A DNA stretch of 32,000 bases. Source: an uncultured Nitrososphaerota archaeon (lineage in GTDB: Archaea; Korarchaeota; Korarchaeia; Korarchaeales; Korarchaeaceae). Location of the stretch: contig CAYZRF010000015.1 in NCBI GenBank assembly GCA_964480775.1, positions 1 to 32,000 on the forward strand, written 5' to 3'. Both the position numbers and the translations under genes were made by a program. The notes under the pieces were generated by a model. It ran no database searches. It saw only the letters and a list, made by a program, of their open reading frames with translations, and had not been told where the DNA came from. The stretch's first letter is position 1. Each line of letters begins with the position of its first letter. Below, piece by piece: positions 23,624 through 32,000 of this stretch.

Positions 23624-24895
23624 ATGAAAAGGGTGAATTTGGATACGAGAGAGGAGATATTGCAGAAGGAGAATGCCGCTAAGAAACAAGCAAAAGAACT
23701 TCTTAAGAAGTATCCTCTCTGCGAATTCTGTCTTGGAAGTCTATTGGCTACACTTTCAGATAGCGCTCCATGGAAATTAGGTAGGAGGATGTTAGAACTT
23801 TTATCGAAAGAAGGTGGGGCAGCTGGTAGAAATGCGATTGAAGGATTGGGTGGAAAGTGTTGGGTGTGTAGGGGGCTTGTACCCTCAGTTCTTCCACAAT
23901 TGATAAATAAAGCGCTTTTTTCCCTATCAAAAATTGAGTTTAATTCGTTTAAATCGGGAACTAAACTTCCTGCAGACGTAGTAGAGAGAGAAGATGAATT
24001 AAGAGCAATATATGGTATGTGGACTGCTGAAAGCCTGAAAGTTGTGATAAACAAGTATGTTGATGAAAGAATTGCGGCAATGACTGGATTTGAGGTTAAA
24101 TCAGAGAAGCCAGATGTGTTAATTAGCCTTAACTTTGTTCTTAAGGAGGTTAAGGTAATTCCTTCTTCAGTTTATGTCTTCGGGCGCTATAGAAAGTTGA
24201 AAAGAGGCCTATATCAAACTAGGTGGGTTCCAGGAACAGAAGGAACTATTGAGTCCTACATTGGAGAGATAATGATGGCTGCTTTTGAAGCTGAGGACTA
24301 TAGGCTTCATGCTGCTGGAAGGGAGGATTTCGATGTGAGGATGTTAGGTAACGGAAGGCCTTTTGTGATGGAGCTAATAAAGCCGAGAAAAAGAACGATA
24401 GACCTCAAAGAGCTAGAGAATGAAATTAACAGTAAATTACGTGGGATTGTGGAAGTATCTGACCTTAAGATAGCCAGCAAGAACACAGTAATTCTGATAA
24501 AGGAATCCTCAAGCCTAATGAGGAAAGTATATCTTGCAAAGGTCTCTGTGGAAGGAAAAATCTCTCCTGAAATCCTCAAAAAGCTTGAAAAGGAACTTTC
24601 TAACAGATTAATCAGGCAAAAAACTCCAACGAGGGTGCTTCATCGCAGGGCAGATCTTCTCAGAGAAAAGATGGTATACAAGGTGTCTACAAGACCTCTT
24701 TCAGAGAATTCCTTCGAAATGACGATAGAATGTGATGGTGGGCTTTATATAAAAGAACTGATCAATGGTGATGGGGGTAGAACCAAGCCTAGCGTCTCTG
24801 AGATTTTGGGAGAAAAAGCTTTTTGTAGCGAACTTGATGTTATCGACATAATTGTCCCCGATGAGTTGATGAAAGAGGTAGAGGTGCATGGGTAG
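23624..24895 (+). CDS. pus10: tRNA pseudouridine(54/55) synthase Pus10
   Basis: N-terminal Zn-binding cysteines (CEFC ... CWVC). Catalytic-domain motifs (GREDFDVRMLGNGRPF, RQKTPTRVLHRRADLLREK, LYIKELINGDGGRTKPS). Confidence 0.85.
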   Translation: MKRVNLDTREEILQKENAAKKQAKELLKKYPLCEFCLGSLLATLSDSAPWKLGRRMLELLSKEGGAAGRNAIEGLGGKCWVCRGLVPSVLPQLINKALFSLSKIEFNSFKSGTKLPADVVEREDELRAIYGMWTAESLKVVINKYVDERIAAMTGFEVKSEKPDVLISLNFVLKEVKVIPSSVYVFGRYRKLKRGLYQTRWVPGTEGTIESYIGEIMMAAFEAEDYRLHAAGREDFDVRMLGNGRPFVMELIKPRKRTIDLKELENEINSKLRGIVEVSDLKIASKNTVILIKESSSLMRKVYLAKVSVEGKISPEILKKLEKELSNRLIRQKTPTRVLHRRADLLREKMVYKVSTRPLSENSFEMTIECDGGLYIKELINGDGGRTKPSVSEILGEKAFCSELDVIDIIVPDELMKEVEVHG

Positions 24896-25193
24896 GAGAT
24901 CAGCAGGTTTTTTGCATAAGTCAAGGAAGTTCCTCAGAAAGAAGCCAAGAGAGAGGGGAATGCCTCCTCCTTCTAAATTTCTTATGGAGTATAAAGTAGG
25001 ACAGAAAGTTGTCATAGACGTTTTCCCCTACTTCAAGGAAGGAGGATTTCCTCATAGAAGGTATCAGGGTAAGGTAGGAGTAGTTGCAGGAAAGAGGGGT
25101 CACTGCTATTTGGTAGACGTAAAAGTAGGCAAAAAAGTCAAGCACCTGATCGTGTCACCGATCCACCTTAAGCCTCATCAGGAGCAGAGGTGA
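24888..25193 (+). CDS. rpl21e: 50S ribosomal protein eL21 (L21e)
   Basis: GRRSAGFLHKSRKFLRKKPRERG ... FPHRRYQGKVGVVAGKRG. Overlaps the pus10 stop by 8 nt. Confidence 0.9.
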   Translation: MGRRSAGFLHKSRKFLRKKPRERGMPPPSKFLMEYKVGQKVVIDVFPYFKEGGFPHRRYQGKVGVVAGKRGHCYLVDVKVGKKVKHLIVSPIHLKPHQEQR

Positions 25194-25199
25194 AAATAT

Positions 25200-25562
25200 T
25201 TGTCATTGGAAAAAGCTCCTCCAGAGAAAAGGCCGTTGACCTTAGCTGAGGTTAGGGCGTTTATCCATGAGAGGTGGGCTAAAGATCAATCCATGCTTGC
25301 AAGGGATCAGAAGAGATTATTTGAATATCTTTCAAAGTTTGTTAAGGTAAAGGATGCTGATTCATGCCGCAAAGCTGTTGAACAGCTAAAAGAGGAGATT
25401 GGACTCAGCGAAGAGGATGCTGTGATGATAGTTAACATCATGCCAAGGAGCAAGGATGAGCTAAGACCCATGCTATTCAGATCTTATCCACTACTCGATG
25501 CAAAATCCTACGATAGGATACTGGAGATCCTTAAATCCCTAGAAAAGGGGGAGGAAAAGTAG
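25200..25562 (+). CDS. rpoF: DNA-directed RNA polymerase subunit F (Rpo4)
   Basis: TTG start. LTLAEVRAFI ... QKRLFEYLSKFVKV ... EEDAVMIVNIMPRSKDELRPML matches the Rpo4/RpoF pattern and the usual position after rpl21e. Confidence 0.8.
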   Translation: MSLEKAPPEKRPLTLAEVRAFIHERWAKDQSMLARDQKRLFEYLSKFVKVKDADSCRKAVEQLKEEIGLSEEDAVMIVNIMPRSKDELRPMLFRSYPLLDAKSYDRILEILKSLEKGEEK

Positions 25563-25565
25563 GCA

Positions 25566-26141
25566 ATGTGGAGATATGATCCTAGAAGGCAGAGCATGCC
25601 TCACGATAGCTGGGCTTACGTGTTAGCTATATATGGGCATCCACTTAGTGCCCAAGTAATAGGGGACAAGTATTTTTCCCTAATGGAATTTCTAGCAAGA
25701 CCTGAAAGTGGAATAGAAGAGAGTATGAAGGTTTTTGTCGGAAAGGGCCCTAGAGAGCATGTTAGCAGGTTTATCCGGTACTTAGATTATGAAGAACTAA
25801 TACCACCTGCTAAGTCCAACCTACCCATGCTTGTAAGTAAGGTAGTTACCGAGAGAGAAAGTTTTTTCGTTTCTTTTTTTAATGAAAGCGTTCCGATCAC
25901 TCCGAGATTACATCAGCTTGAGCTTTTGCCTGGAGTAGGCAAGAAAACCTTAATTAAGATATTGGAGGAAAGAGAAAGACTTCCATTCGTTTCTTTTGCA
26001 GATATAGAGGAAAGAGTTGGTCTTAAAGATCCTGTTGGTGCGATAGTCGAGAGAGTAATGATGGAGATAAGAGGAGAGGACAGATACAATATCTTTGTGG
26101 CAACAAAAGCAATGTTTGAGAGGAAATACTCGATCATTTAG
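25566..26141 (+). CDS. DUF655 family protein (helix-hairpin-helix nucleic-acid-binding)
   Basis: FVSFFNESVPITPRLHQLELLPGVGKKTLIKILEERERLPFVSFADIEERV is the DUF655 signature. Conserved position after rpoF. Confidence 0.8.
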   Translation: MWRYDPRRQSMPHDSWAYVLAIYGHPLSAQVIGDKYFSLMEFLARPESGIEESMKVFVGKGPREHVSRFIRYLDYEELIPPAKSNLPMLVSKVVTERESFFVSFFNESVPITPRLHQLELLPGVGKKTLIKILEERERLPFVSFADIEERVGLKDPVGAIVERVMMEIRGEDRYNIFVATKAMFERKYSII

Positions 26142-26901
26142 CTATTATTTCAGTCCCAGCCAACCCGTTTATTGCCTTTAAAAGGTCTCCTTTTTTCCTA
26201 TAGCCAGAAATTCTAACTTTTTTACCTTTTTCTGCTAAAATCAATGCTTTCCTAATTTTTTCTTTTATCCCCCCTGTTACATCTGTTGTTAGATTAAGAA
26301 TTCCGCTTAACCGGCTTAGATCTTCTCTATAAAGCTTAGGGATGGGTTTTTCTCTCTTATCAAGCACGCCAGGAACATCTATCAGAAACAAAATTTCATC
26401 AACGACATTTGAGAGTAGAAGGGGTATATCGTCGGCAGATATTATTGTTACACCTTTCTCTTCGTCAAAAACGACATCTCCCATCAGTAAGGGAGTAATT
26501 TTATTCCTTAAAGCTAGTTTAATTGGTGAGATGCAGAATTCCCAGCCCTTTAAAGACTTGTAAAGCAGAGAAGAGGGATGAAATACTATAACGGGTAATT
26601 CTATTTCAAGGAATTCCTTCAAAAAGATCTGTGATAGCTTAGTGAGCCAAAATCTTGTTTTTGTCACTCCTATCCTATCTTCAGGGTTCAATCCTCTATC
26701 TAAACCGTGTTTAGCAGCAAAAGGATGCGCATAAGAACCCCCTCCATGGGCAAGAATTAGACTTATCCCAGAGTTAACTACCTCCTTAACTTCCCTGCAG
26801 AAACTCTTTATCCTCTCCATTCTAGGTTTAGGCTGACCTGAACCTTTTTCGGTAATTGTTGAGCCACCTATCTTTATGTAAATTGTTTTTTGAGATGTCA
26901 T
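26134..26901 (-). CDS. isopentenyl phosphate kinase (amino-acid-kinase fold)
   Basis: IYIKIGGSTITEK ... LILAHGGGSYAHPFAAKHGL ... TDVTGGI. Confidence 0.8.
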   Translation of the reverse strand: MTSQKTIYIKIGGSTITEKGSGQPKPRMERIKSFCREVKEVVNSGISLILAHGGGSYAHPFAAKHGLDRGLNPEDRIGVTKTRFWLTKLSQIFLKEFLEIELPVIVFHPSSLLYKSLKGWEFCISPIKLALRNKITPLLMGDVVFDEEKGVTIISADDIPLLLSNVVDEILFLIDVPGVLDKREKPIPKLYREDLSRLSGILNLTTDVTGGIKEKIRKALILAEKGKKVRISGYRKKGDLLKAINGLAGTEIIAK

Positions 26902-26967
26902 TGTTGACTGAGAGATGTATCAGATAGTTCGCTCATAAAGATTAATTCTCTCAACAATTTCGAAATT

Positions 26968-28545
26968 GTGATGTCAACATACGTAGTAGATGAATACATA
27001 TTGACCAGTGGGGGCTTAACTGATGAAAGCTCCCTTAAAAAGCTAAGAGGCTCTACTATCCTCATTCCGGAAGGGATCGTTAAGCACATGGAAATAAGAG
27101 CAAATAAAGGAGATAGGAGGGCGCTTGAAGCCCTTTATCACGTTCTTAAGTTGCGAGAGATGGCTCCTAAATTAAAAATAGAGGTTAGGATCGCTAAACA
27201 TTCAGAAAGGGGCTCTAAAGCACTTGAAGAAATAGCGAAAAAACATGATGCTAAGGTCCTCACTAGCAACTCCATAAGGTGGCTTGCCTTCAGGGCAAAA
27301 GGAATTCCAGCCTCATACCTTGGCACTGGAGATTGGCGCCCAGTCATCGAGGAGTTCTTCCAGAAGGACGTAATGAGCGTACATCTGAAGGAAGGAGTAC
27401 CCCCCATGGCTAAGAGAGGGCGTCCAGGACACTTCAAACTCGTCAAGCTAAGGGAGGAGCCTATGAAGAAAGAAGAGATGATGAAGCTTGCTTATGCTCT
27501 TATAGAGGGCGCAAGGTCAGATCCAGAGGTTTTCATAGAGATCCAAAGGAGAGACGCGTATGTCATTCAGCTAAGGGAATACAGGATTCTCATAGCTCTT
27601 CCGCCGTTTTCTGATGGCGTTGAGATAACAGCGGTAAGGCCCATCGTAAAAGTTACCCTGGACGATTATGAGCTAAGTAACAAGCTGAAGAAAAGGTTGA
27701 GGGAAAGAGCGGAGGGAATTATAATAGGTGGCCCTCCAGGAGCAGGAAAAACTACGTTTACAAGCGCTTTGGCCGAATTCTACAAGGATCTGGGAAAGAT
27801 CGTTAAGAGCTTGGAGTCGCCAAGGGATCTGCAGGTAGGCGATGAAATCACGCAATACACAAAGCTAAACGGGAGTTTTGTGAATACTGCCGATCTACTA
27901 CTTCTTGTAAGGCCAGACTACGTGTGTTTTGATGAGATGAGGAAGGACGATGATTTCAACATATACACAGATATGCGTTTGGCTGGCATAGGCATGGTTG
28001 GCGTGATACATTGTGGCTCACCGATCGAGGCAATTGAGCGTTTTATAGGCAGGGTCGACTTGGGAATGCTCCCGCATGTGATAGATACTGTGATATTCAT
28101 AGAGGAGGGGAGAATAAAGAAGGTCTACAGCTTAGGTATTACAGTAAAAGTTCCTCACGGGATGAGAGAGGAAGGTCTCGCGAGACCTGTTATTTTGGTT
28201 AGAGATTTCGAGAGCGGCCAAGCCGAATATGAGATATACTCCTTTGCGGAGCAGGTTGTGATAATGCCACTTAGGAGGAGAAGGCCTCCATCCATTGAGA
28301 TTAGGGAGCCTCCAACAGGCAAGGAGATATATGATTTTGCCGTTAGAGAAGGAAAGAAATCGATTATATTAGAGTTTGGAGAATTGGGTGCAAACAGAAG
28401 TGTGTCCTTGTACGATGCCGATAGGGAAATCACTACAGTGAAGTTAGGTCCTATGGGGAGGGCTGCTGTAGGGAAGAGAAGAAAAGTTGGGAGGCAAATA
28501 TTAAAGGCATGGAGGGCCGGGACTCTCAGAGCCTTCTTCTTATAG
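26968..28545 (+). CDS. PIN-domain / P-loop ATPase / KH-domain protein (COG1855, PilT-family ATPase)
   Basis: N-terminal PIN-like region. Walker A GGPPGAGKTT. Walker B-like YVCFDEMR. C-terminal KH-like region. Confidence 0.8.
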   Translation: MMSTYVVDEYILTSGGLTDESSLKKLRGSTILIPEGIVKHMEIRANKGDRRALEALYHVLKLREMAPKLKIEVRIAKHSERGSKALEEIAKKHDAKVLTSNSIRWLAFRAKGIPASYLGTGDWRPVIEEFFQKDVMSVHLKEGVPPMAKRGRPGHFKLVKLREEPMKKEEMMKLAYALIEGARSDPEVFIEIQRRDAYVIQLREYRILIALPPFSDGVEITAVRPIVKVTLDDYELSNKLKKRLRERAEGIIIGGPPGAGKTTFTSALAEFYKDLGKIVKSLESPRDLQVGDEITQYTKLNGSFVNTADLLLLVRPDYVCFDEMRKDDDFNIYTDMRLAGIGMVGVIHCGSPIEAIERFIGRVDLGMLPHVIDTVIFIEEGRIKKVYSLGITVKVPHGMREEGLARPVILVRDFESGQAEYEIYSFAEQVVIMPLRRRRPPSIEIREPPTGKEIYDFAVREGKKSIILEFGELGANRSVSLYDADREITTVKLGPMGRAAVGKRRKVGRQILKAWRAGTLRAFFL

Positions 28546-29109
28546 TGTTTCCTCTGCAGATGAAATCTCCCTGATGCGCTCCTCTATTCCAATTGATTTG
28601 AGGAATTCGAAGACAGCAGGTGGAACGAGAGACTCCCAAGAGTTGTTCCCCTCTAAAATCAGTTTTCTAATGTTGGTGGCGGAGTACTTTTTCCTCTCAT
28701 GGAAGGGGATGGGAAGCACCTTAACTCCCACCTTGGTAAGGTCTTTGATAGTCTCTGGATCGTTTGAATAGGCGACATCTATCCTTGGTACCCTGTCCAA
28801 TACGATCAATCCCCAGTCTTCCTCTGGACTTTCCGTATCTGGAATGTTCCCCAAGAAGACCTTTCTTAAAGGAATTCCCTCCTGTCTAAGGGCTCTAACT
28901 ATCATTTCATATCTTTCATCCACAGAAAGGGGATTTCTAAGTGTGTTAGAGAATTGAGCACTGCCTATTGCAATTACTATCTCCTCTGCTTGTTCCAATA
29001 TGTACTTCACGGCATGTAAATGGCCGTAGTGGAATGGTTGGAATCTTCCGACGTATAGGCCCCTCTTGTACAATTTTTCCACCCTTTTTCTCACAAGCCT
29101 GACTTTCAA
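28540..29109 (-). CDS. nadM: nicotinamide-nucleotide adenylyltransferase (archaeal NMNAT)
   Basis: RGLYVGRFQPFHYGHLHAV ... IAIGSAQ ... SATNIR. The TTG at 29109 may be too long; an alternative TTG at 29073 gives MYKRGLYVGRFQPFH. Confidence 0.85.
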   Translation of the reverse strand: MKVRLVRKRVEKLYKRGLYVGRFQPFHYGHLHAVKYILEQAEEIVIAIGSAQFSNTLRNPLSVDERYEMIVRALRQEGIPLRKVFLGNIPDTESPEEDWGLIVLDRVPRIDVAYSNDPETIKDLTKVGVKVLPIPFHERKKYSATNIRKLILEGNNSWESLVPPAVFEFLKSIGIEERIREISSAEETL

Positions 29110-29155
29110 GGATCAGGATAAAATCTTAACTCATCTTAATTTAATGGGAATCTCG

Positions 29156-29968
29156 ATGAGGGTAGGATATGTCCAGACATCTCCTGTTTTAGGAGATGTG
29201 ACAAGAAATGTTGATTCTGCTCTAGCATTAGCCTCAGGTGAGGAAGCGGACTTGTTGGTCTTTCCAGAACTCTTCAATACTGGATATCTCTTTCTTAACA
29301 AGAAGGATCTATCGAAGGTTGCAGAACCAATTCCAGGCGGGCCTACTACAAAGAAGTTGATGAAATTTGCTGCAGAGCACTCCGTCTCAGTCATTGCGGG
29401 TATTGCTGAGAAGGAAGGCTCGAAATTCTACAATTCTGCTGTGGTCATAAACTCTGATGGGGATTATTTAGGAACTTACAGGAAGTTACATCTGTTTTCG
29501 ACCGAAAAGCTGGTATTTGAACCTGGAAACCTCGGCCTCCAGGTCTTTGACCTTGGAAAGATAAGGGTTGGAGTGATGATCTGCTTTGACTGGATTTTTC
29601 CAGAGGCAGCGAGGGTGCTTTCGCTTAAAGGAGCCCATCTGATAGCTCATTCAGCTAATTTGGTGTTACCTTATGCGCAAACAGCCATGTTGGCAAGATC
29701 CATAGAAAACAGAGTATTTACCATAACCGCCAACAGAATTGGATCTGAAGAAAGGAATGGCGTGAGGTTACGCTTCACAGGGATGAGTCAGATAACGTCT
29801 CCAAGGATGAAAGTTCTGAAAAGAGCTACTGAAGACTCCGTAGAAGTAGGTGTGATCGATATTAATCCAAAGGAGGCGGAAAATAAGAACATCACAGAAC
29901 TGAACAACTTATGGGAGGACAGAAGGCCTGCTGAATATTCCCTTTTAGTTAGAGAAAAGCTGGGCTAA
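29156..29968 (+). CDS. carbon-nitrogen hydrolase (nitrilase superfamily)
   Basis: E-K-C triad contexts: VFPELFNTGY, YRKLHLF, VMICFDWIFPE. Start set at MRVGYVQ (alternatives at 29144 and 29066). Confidence 0.85.
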   Translation: MRVGYVQTSPVLGDVTRNVDSALALASGEEADLLVFPELFNTGYLFLNKKDLSKVAEPIPGGPTTKKLMKFAAEHSVSVIAGIAEKEGSKFYNSAVVINSDGDYLGTYRKLHLFSTEKLVFEPGNLGLQVFDLGKIRVGVMICFDWIFPEAARVLSLKGAHLIAHSANLVLPYAQTAMLARSIENRVFTITANRIGSEERNGVRLRFTGMSQITSPRMKVLKRATEDSVEVGVIDINPKEAENKNITELNNLWEDRRPAEYSLLVREKLG

Positions 29969-29978
29969 GGTGGATTAC

Positions 29979-30737
29979 ATGTCTGATGGCAAGCCTAACA
30001 ACAGGGAATATCCTGAGTTGCCCATGGTTGGGGTAGGAGGGGTTGTAATAAGAGATGACATGATTTTGTTGGCTAAGAGGAGCCATCCTCCGGGCAAGGG
30101 CTTATGGTCAATTCCTGGAGGACTTGTTAAACTTGGTGAGACCTTAAGAGAGGCAGTCAAGAGGGAAGTTAGGGAGGAATGCGGCCTAGAAGTTGAGCCC
30201 ACTAGCTCGATTAAGGTCTTTGATGTGATTGAAAGGGATATCAATGGAAAGGTTAGGTTTCACTACGTCATAGTGGATTATCTATGTGAAATCAAGGGAG
30301 AAAGCACTATTCTCCCAGGAGACGATGTTGAGGAGGTTAGATGGATTAGCCTCGACGAAGCCCTTAGTCTTGATCTAACTAAGGGTACCAGAGAGCTAAT
30401 AACTGGTCTCAAAAAGAGGCTTTTAGTTGTTAGGAACTCCGACGTCGAGAAAGTTCTACTTGGTGCTCCAAAAGGACACAAGCACATAAGAGGCTTAATC
30501 TTCCTGAAAAACGGTATTATAATAGTTCTACAGCAGGCAACCCTTGAAAACATCGCTCGTGGCGTGATAAGTTTGATTACGCATCCCTTAAAGAAGGCTT
30601 TGTGCCTCAGATGTGTTAGGTTGGAGGATAGAAAGGCAGATTATGCGGAATACCAACTTATCGAAGAGGATAGAAGAGATGAGGAAGTAATAAACGAGAT
30701 AACGCTTCATCTCGCTGACGAGCAACCAAACCTATAA
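29979..30737 (+). CDS. Nudix hydrolase with an uncharacterised ~100-aa C-terminal extension
   Basis: Nudix box GGLVKLGETLREAVKREVREECGL. The C-terminal segment from about aa 150 is unrecognised. ATG lies 6 nt after AGGTGG; GTG alternative at 29970. Confidence 0.8.
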   Translation: MSDGKPNNREYPELPMVGVGGVVIRDDMILLAKRSHPPGKGLWSIPGGLVKLGETLREAVKREVREECGLEVEPTSSIKVFDVIERDINGKVRFHYVIVDYLCEIKGESTILPGDDVEEVRWISLDEALSLDLTKGTRELITGLKKRLLVVRNSDVEKVLLGAPKGHKHIRGLIFLKNGIIIVLQQATLENIARGVISLITHPLKKALCLRCVRLEDRKADYAEYQLIEEDRRDEEVINEITLHLADEQPNL

Positions 30738-30773
30738 GTGTGGTGCCTCATTAACCAGTGGGAAGAAATATAG

Positions 30774-32000
30774 ATGGGAGAAGCCAGGGACTCTTACTTG
30801 CTCTCTATGCGAGATATTCTCGAAAGGGTGGAAGATGAGAGAATTCTTTCCTTTTTGAAAGAATTGGGTGAGAGAGGCTCGATTAGCGTCGGGAGTTTTA
30901 AGGTTAGAAGGTTGGCAGCAGCCCTATATCATAATGCGGTTCCATCTAAACACGAGGAGATAAGCCTTCACCCTGATGTAAGAAGGATTCTCAGTGAAAG
31001 AGGGTTGCTTCTCCTTTTTACACATCAATCAAGAGCCATAAGGGCGATTAGAGAAGGTAAGAACGTCATCGTCGCAACGCCTGCGGCTAGCGGGAAGTCC
31101 CTAGTCTATTTGATTCCCATCTTCGAGAACTTTTTAGAAAACCCCAGGATGCACGCACTCTACCTTGCCCCAACTAAAGCATTGGAAAGAGATCAGCTCC
31201 TAAAGATAAGAGATCTTTCCAAGTCAATTGAAGGATTTGGAGTTGCAGCCTACGATGGAGGGACTCCAACTGAGGAGAGGGTTGAGATCAGGAGGAACCC
31301 CCCGACCCTTCTCCTAACGAATCCAGATATGCTGCACTACGGTATCTTGCCCAACCACAGGAGATGGAGTTCAGTTTTCTCCAGCCTTAAGTTCATAGTT
31401 CTCGATGAGGTTCATGAGTACAGAGGGATATTCGGGGCCCATGTAGCTAACATCCTAAGGCGGACGAAGCGTCTTGCTGAGATGTATGGGTCAAAACCCA
31501 TATTCATCGCTGCCTCCGCCACCATTGCTAACCCCAAAGAGCACGTTGAAAGGCTAGTTGGTGAGAAGTTCGAGGTAATACAGGAGAGCGGCTCTCCTAA
31601 AACGGCTAAAATCATTCTTTTTTGGAATCCCGTCCCTGTTTTCGATCCTTACACCGATGCTGAGCGTCTTTTCATTGGGGCCATCTCAGCTGGTTTGAAG
31701 ACAATTGTATTTTGTAAATCAAGAAAGGCAGTTGAGATCATGACCCGGAACGTCAAGAGACACCTTCTCAGACTTGGTAGGGAGGATCTCCTCGAAAAAA
31801 TAGCGTCCTATAGGTCTGGTTATCTTCCAAAGGAGAGGAGAAGGATTGAGAGGATGCTCTTTTCTGGAGAGCTTAGAGGCGTCGTGGCGACAAGCGCGTT
31901 GGAGCTTGGAATAGACGTGGGGGAGCTTGATTGCTGTATACTTGTAGGTTATCCTGGCTCAAGGATTAGCACGTTGCAGAGGGCAGGAAGGGTGGGAAGG
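30774..32000 (+). CDS. DEAD/DEAH-box helicase, YprA/MrfA-like (COG1205), 5' part; runs off the window
   Basis: Not in the ORF track because no stop is reached. Hand translation is open for 409 codons. Motifs seen: ATPAASGKS (I), LAPTKAL (Ia), DEVHEYRG (II), ASAT (III), QRAGRVGR (VI). Confidence 0.85.
   Translation, partial: MGEARDSYLLSMRDILERVEDERILSFLKELGERGSISVGSFKVRRLAAALYHNAVPSKHEEISLHPDVRRILSERGLLLLFTHQSRAIRAIREGKNVIVATPAASGKSLVYLIPIFENFLENPRMHALYLAPTKALERDQLLKIRDLSKSIEGFGVAAYDGGTPTEERVEIRRNPPTLLLTNPDMLHYGILPNHRRWSSVFSSLKFIVLDEVHEYRGIFGAHVANILRRTKRLAEMYGSKPIFIAASATIANPKEHVERLVGEKFEVIQESGSPKTAKIILFWNPVPVFDPYTDAERLFIGAISAGLKTIVFCKSRKAVEIMTRNVKRHLLRLGREDLLEKIASYRSGYLPKERRRIERMLFSGELRGVVATSALELGIDVGELDCCILVGYPGSRISTLQRAGRVGR

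Noticed and set aside
1-32000. Scan for CRISPR arrays, rRNA genes, integrase/transposase genes, inteins and long tandem repeats.
   Set aside because: No regularly spaced direct repeats, no rRNA-like sequence, no recombinase or transposase motifs and no intein blocks were seen in any of the translated ORFs.

Overview
This is an archaeal chromosomal fragment. The coding DNA is AT-rich (about 40-45% GC by eye) while tRNA stems are almost entirely G-C, which suggests a thermophile. Five of the six tRNA genes carry introns, several at non-canonical positions. That pattern is best known from Thermoproteota/TACK-type archaea; the exact taxon cannot be set without a database search.

The window has two parts.

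(1) About 1-10.5 kb is an accessory, patchy region:
- a wHTH gene followed by a frameshifted GNAT gene
- an overlapping RHH/retropepsin-like protease pair
- tRNA-Pro(UGG)
- a GC-rich secreted repeat protein
- a DUF4258-like/DUF2283 toxin-antitoxin (TA) pair
- decayed gene remnants
- a tRNA-Met interrupted by three introns
- a low-GC orphan ORF divergent from a wHTH + PD-(D/E)xK nuclease-like gene
- a large secreted glycosidase-like protein
- a VapBC pair

(2) About 10.8-32 kb is core housekeeping:
- M20 hydrolase
- an mbf1 / DRG-like / MA-peptidase operon
- HIT, DUF72, tfe and DUF2110 genes
- the rps13-rps4-rps11-[unknown 302-aa ORF]-rpoD-tRNALeu-rpl18e-rpl13-rps9 cluster, running straight into aIF5A-pus10-rpl21e-rpoF-DUF655
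- isopentenyl phosphate kinase and a PIN-ATPase-KH protein
- an NMNAT / CN-hydrolase / Nudix group
- the 5' part of a YprA/MrfA-like DEAH helicase

No CRISPR array, rRNA gene, integrase or transposase was seen.

Best candidates for something undescribed:
- the RHH + clan-AA aspartic protease two-gene module
- the orphan coiled-coil ORF with its own promoter inside the rps11-rpoD junction
- a DRG-family protein with degenerate G motifs, translationally coupled to mbf1
- the wHTH-nuclease locus

All functional calls rest on motifs recognised by eye. No homology search was run.
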